Shown here piece by piece: positions 9,860-12,190 of a stretch of 12,190 bases of DNA. The stretch lies in assembly GCA_051294375.1 (NCBI GenBank), contig JBJCIZ010001281.1, forward strand, positions 1-12,190, read 5' to 3'. The position numbers were made by a program, and so were the translations under genes. Under the pieces are notes generated by a model. It saw nothing but the letters and a program-made list of their open reading frames with translations. It did not search any database and was not told the DNA's origin. Positions within the stretch are counted from its first letter, which is position 1; each line of letters opens with the position of its first letter. Source of the DNA: Paraspadella gotoi. Its lineage: Eukaryota; Animalia; Chaetognatha.

Positions 9860-9972
9860 GAAGAGAGAGAAAGAGAGAAGAGAGGAGGAGTAAGGTAGTG
9901 AAGAGAGAGAGACAGGAGAGAGCAGATCGAGAAGAGAGATGAGAGGAGAGGGCAGAGAAAGACAGAGTAGAG
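9860..9972 (+). repeat. Imperfect GA-rich purine tract
   Basis: GA/GGA array. Confidence 0.9.
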
Positions 9973-10026
9973 GAATTGAACATCCAACACGCACCTCCCT
10001 CACAGGATAGACGAAAGCACAGAACC

Positions 10027-10038
10027 GAAGGGGGTATG
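10027..10038 (+). other. Possible polypurine tract (PPT) followed by TG
   Basis: GAAGGGGG-TA-TG just after *TKA (10008-10019, resembling the final RNase H LTKAL motif). This is the expected position of a copia PPT/3' LTR start, but no LTR was identified. Confidence 0.2.
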
Positions 10039-10236
10039 AAATCGACATGGGGATTAATTGAGTATCACAGAAGACGCCACGGTGTGGTGGTTAGGCCGCA
10101 CGGAAGGACAAAGAAGACAAAGGGAGGGCGGTGAGAGGAGGAGTAGGAGAACTGGGGAGCCAGATTGGGGGAGAAGGGACAGAGATTGGAAGAGACGAGA
10201 GATGAACCTCCATGAAGGACCGTGACTGCAAGTGCT

Positions 10237-10334
10237 AAGGCCGTGAATATCTCTTGTTTCCGGATCCAAATACGTCTTATCCGTTTCAGGGCCAATAAGA
10301 CAGATTTGTTGCATTGTAGGAACGTCGGGCGAGC
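10237..10334 (-). mobile_element. Degenerate Ty1/copia RT-RNase H connection fragment (minus strand)
   Basis: ARP / MQQICL (10314-10297) / LALKRIRR (10295-10272) / YLDPETRDIHGL (10272-10237). Compare TRPDLAYAVQQVCL...LALKRILRYLRGTxDHGL. Confidence 0.65.
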
Positions 10335-10373
10335 CCGTTCATCGCCTCTTGCCTCATCCCAAACACACCTTAC

Positions 10374-10550
10374 GTAACTGACATATATTTGTCTTTGTTC
10401 ACTAACGGCAATGTTCAGTCATCTTGTACTACTGTTAGTTCTGACCGACTAGACCGTAACCTCCCACTACTGCGTCGATTAATGCAGCGATGCTTTATCG
10501 CACTATACCTATCTGTACCATTTCACGTCATTGCGGCGTTAAATAGTCTA
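10374..10550 (+). mobile_element. Degenerate Ty1/copia RT core fragment
   Basis: TDIYLSLFTNG / HLVLLLVLTD*TVTS (10420-10464) / LLRRLMQR. Compare SDTSLF / YLLLYVDDIIVTAS / LLQRLI. Confidence 0.35.
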
Positions 10551-10620
10551 TTTACCTTCGTCTCCTATACCATGGCGCCGTCTCGGACCTCATGCGGTCT
10601 CTTTTTACTCGTCCGCCGGC

Positions 10621-11028
10621 CGCCTCTTGGCCGTCCTGCCAGGGCTTCCAGGAGCGCGCGCTCGCGCCGCCCGCCCTGCGCTTACCTGTCGCCAAGAATC
10701 AATAATAAATAAACAGACTTCCCGAGGAAAGAACCGAACGGCGCAATTTACCGTGCTGTACCTCTCTATCTCTCTCGTCTCTCCTGTCGTCTCAGTAACC
10801 GATCCTTCTTCGTTCCCTCTTCTCTCTCATCTCCTCTCGTCTCCTCTCTCGACTGTCGTCGCGGCCTCGTCGTCTTCTCTCTCTTTCTCTCGGCTCACCA
10901 CCATGCGCACGACAGCGAGGACGATCACTAGAAGGAACGGAACGCCTCTGGTCGGCGTCCGTCGCATAAGTGCCGGAAAGAATGCCTTTAGAGGCGCGAA
11001 ACACGAGAACGCCCGAATAATGCAGCTT
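10621..11028 (+). mobile_element. Degenerate Ty1/copia RT N-terminal half with a CT insert
   Basis: RLLA (10621), CQGFQER (10637) and LPVAK (10682). ORF 10627-11091 has SPVV (10780), SRLTTMRT (10888), NGTPL and KNAFRGAKHENARIMQL (from 10978). Compare RLVA.QGFQQR / SPVAK / ARLTTIRT / NGWPL / KNAFLHGDLHEEVYMQL. Confidence 0.6.
10762..10890 (+). repeat. Imperfect CT-rich tract
   Basis: CT/CTC/GTC array. Confidence 0.85.
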
Positions 11029-11121
11029 TGTCTAAGCCTGCCGACGGCAAGATTTTGCCGACGCTGCCCGACGGCAAATTCGCTGATCTAAAAATGACAA
11101 AGGGCAAAGGTTTCTAATGTG

Positions 11122-11365
11122 GTCAGTTTTCACCAGATCCACGGTCTCAGGTTCCATTGCTGTTGCCGCTTCCTCACGACTCCCTTCCACGTCGATAGTG
11201 TGCCAACAACGCCTCTAAACCGATTAGGATAATCTTTCAGTTCTACTCCTGATAGACCTTTGTAACCACATTTCGTTCCCCGGGGTATGATAGTGGTGGA
11301 TCACATTCCCTGGAGCGCCTGGAAGCGAGTACGTCCGTTGGCCGTAAAAGAGTAGAACCGCAATG
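11122..11365 (-). mobile_element. Possible degenerate copia RT core fragment (minus strand, weak)
   Basis: FYGQR../AP/REC, YRRGRES and TVDLVKTD (11145-11122) resemble LYGLKQAPREW / YRRG / YVDDLVITG. Several frameshifts are needed. Confidence 0.3.
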
Positions 11366-11374
11366 TACTATGTA

Positions 11375-11920
11375 GGAGGCCGGGACGATATGAGAGAAGA
11401 GGAAATAATCACTCGTACGAGAGTAATTAGCAAATGGAGAAATCGTCCTTGCGTTGAAGAGACGATAGAGAAGGAGGGGAGCAAAGGAGGGGGGGAAAGT
11501 GGGGGCGAGCGATGGGGGAAAGAGATGAGGGAGTGACCCGCCCGCCCCGAGGGGACGGCCCACACGCATGGGACCGGAGAAGAGAGAATAGATGTCGCGG
11601 CGAGAGGGAGGAGGGAGTCGAGAAAGCACTGAAGAAATAGTAGGCAGAAGGGTGGGAAGAAGATGAGGGGATAGAAAGGAAACGGGATCTGGCTGATATG
11701 AGAAGAAAGGACGAAGAGGAGTAAGTGAGGAAAATGGAAGAACAAAAGGGAGAGAATAATATGTAGGTCCTATTGTAGTATAACAAGAGAAATATAGGAA
11801 GGACGGAGGAAAGTAAGGGGATAAGAGTAACAAGATTAAAAGTAAGTAAGTAAGAGAGGAGGTGAGATAATCTCTCGGAAAGGGAATGGAGAGAAAGAGA
11901 ACGGATGGGAGATGGAAGAA
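11375..11920 (+). repeat. Long purine-rich (G/A) low-complexity region
   Basis: Strong + strand purine skew, which produces the three overlapping Leu/Ser/Pro/Phe ORFs on the minus strand. Confidence 0.85.
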
Positions 11921-12047
11921 CTTAGTCTGCGCATATGGAGACGATGGCCGTTGAACTAGAAGAGAAGAATACGAGCAGGCAAACGAAGTTTACAACTAAG
12001 CGATCAATTACGATTAACGCCGGAAACGAAGGCTCTCTCCGACTGAC
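11725..12047 (+). mobile_element. Degenerate Ty1/copia RT pieces including a YxDD-like motif
   Basis: A single frame reads RKMEEQKGENNM*VLL..NIG..RVTRLKVS (11728-11847), resembling RKAMEEEI..ENNTWELV..IG..VTRYKAR. LVCAYGDD (11922-11945) resembles IVCLYVDD, and QLSDQLRLT resembles QLSxxFxLKDLG. Confidence 0.55.
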
Positions 12048-12190
12048 CGTACTAAACAACGTGGCCGCCGCCGCCGACGTGCCGCCAAGGCCGACCGGCC
12101 CTCGCGCAGCCATCGGCACGCCCCCGAAGAAACTACAATCACATTTCAGACATGACTGGATAGGCGCGGCCGGCGACAATCAAACTGGCC

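Noticed and set aside
10926-11220. CACTA-like start (CACTAGAAG) with short repeats CGCCTCTAAA/TTTAGAGGCG and CCGACGGCAA
   Set aside because: No matching terminal inverted repeat or 3-bp target-site duplication. The segment is better explained as RT coding remnant (KNAF motif).
11243-11833. 196-aa minus-strand ORF and two overlapping ORFs
   Set aside because: The pyrimidine-rich strand lacks stops in all three frames; compositional artefact.
1-12190. tRNA, rRNA, snRNA, CRISPR array, LTR pair, prokaryotic retron/DGR-type RT system
   Set aside because: No cloverleaf, conserved RNA motif, identical repeat-spacer units or long direct repeats seen by eye. The RT motifs are copia-type and non-functional.

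Overview
Eukaryote-like sequence with one 230-nt N gap and no intact gene, RNA gene or CRISPR array that I can support. Most listed ORFs are by-products of GA/CT low-complexity tracts. Hand translation shows that nearly every non-microsatellite block carries collinear but heavily decayed motifs of the Ty1/copia pol reverse transcriptase (RVT_2-type). Examples include WKxAM, TWxLV, KWVF, DGS, YKARLVAKG, GIDYxETFSPV, QMDVKxAFLxG, EVY, SLYGLKQ, YVDD, DLG..FLG, TRPD and KRILRYL. There are about 20 such fragments, mostly on the + strand, separated or split by GA/CT tracts. One copy (8372-9854) appears to span the whole RT plus RNase H. I found no LTR pair, integrase or protease. All motif matches are by eye against remembered copia consensus and need HMM confirmation. 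The architecture is odd enough that a non-natural origin (model-generated or error-rich assembly) should be ruled out first.
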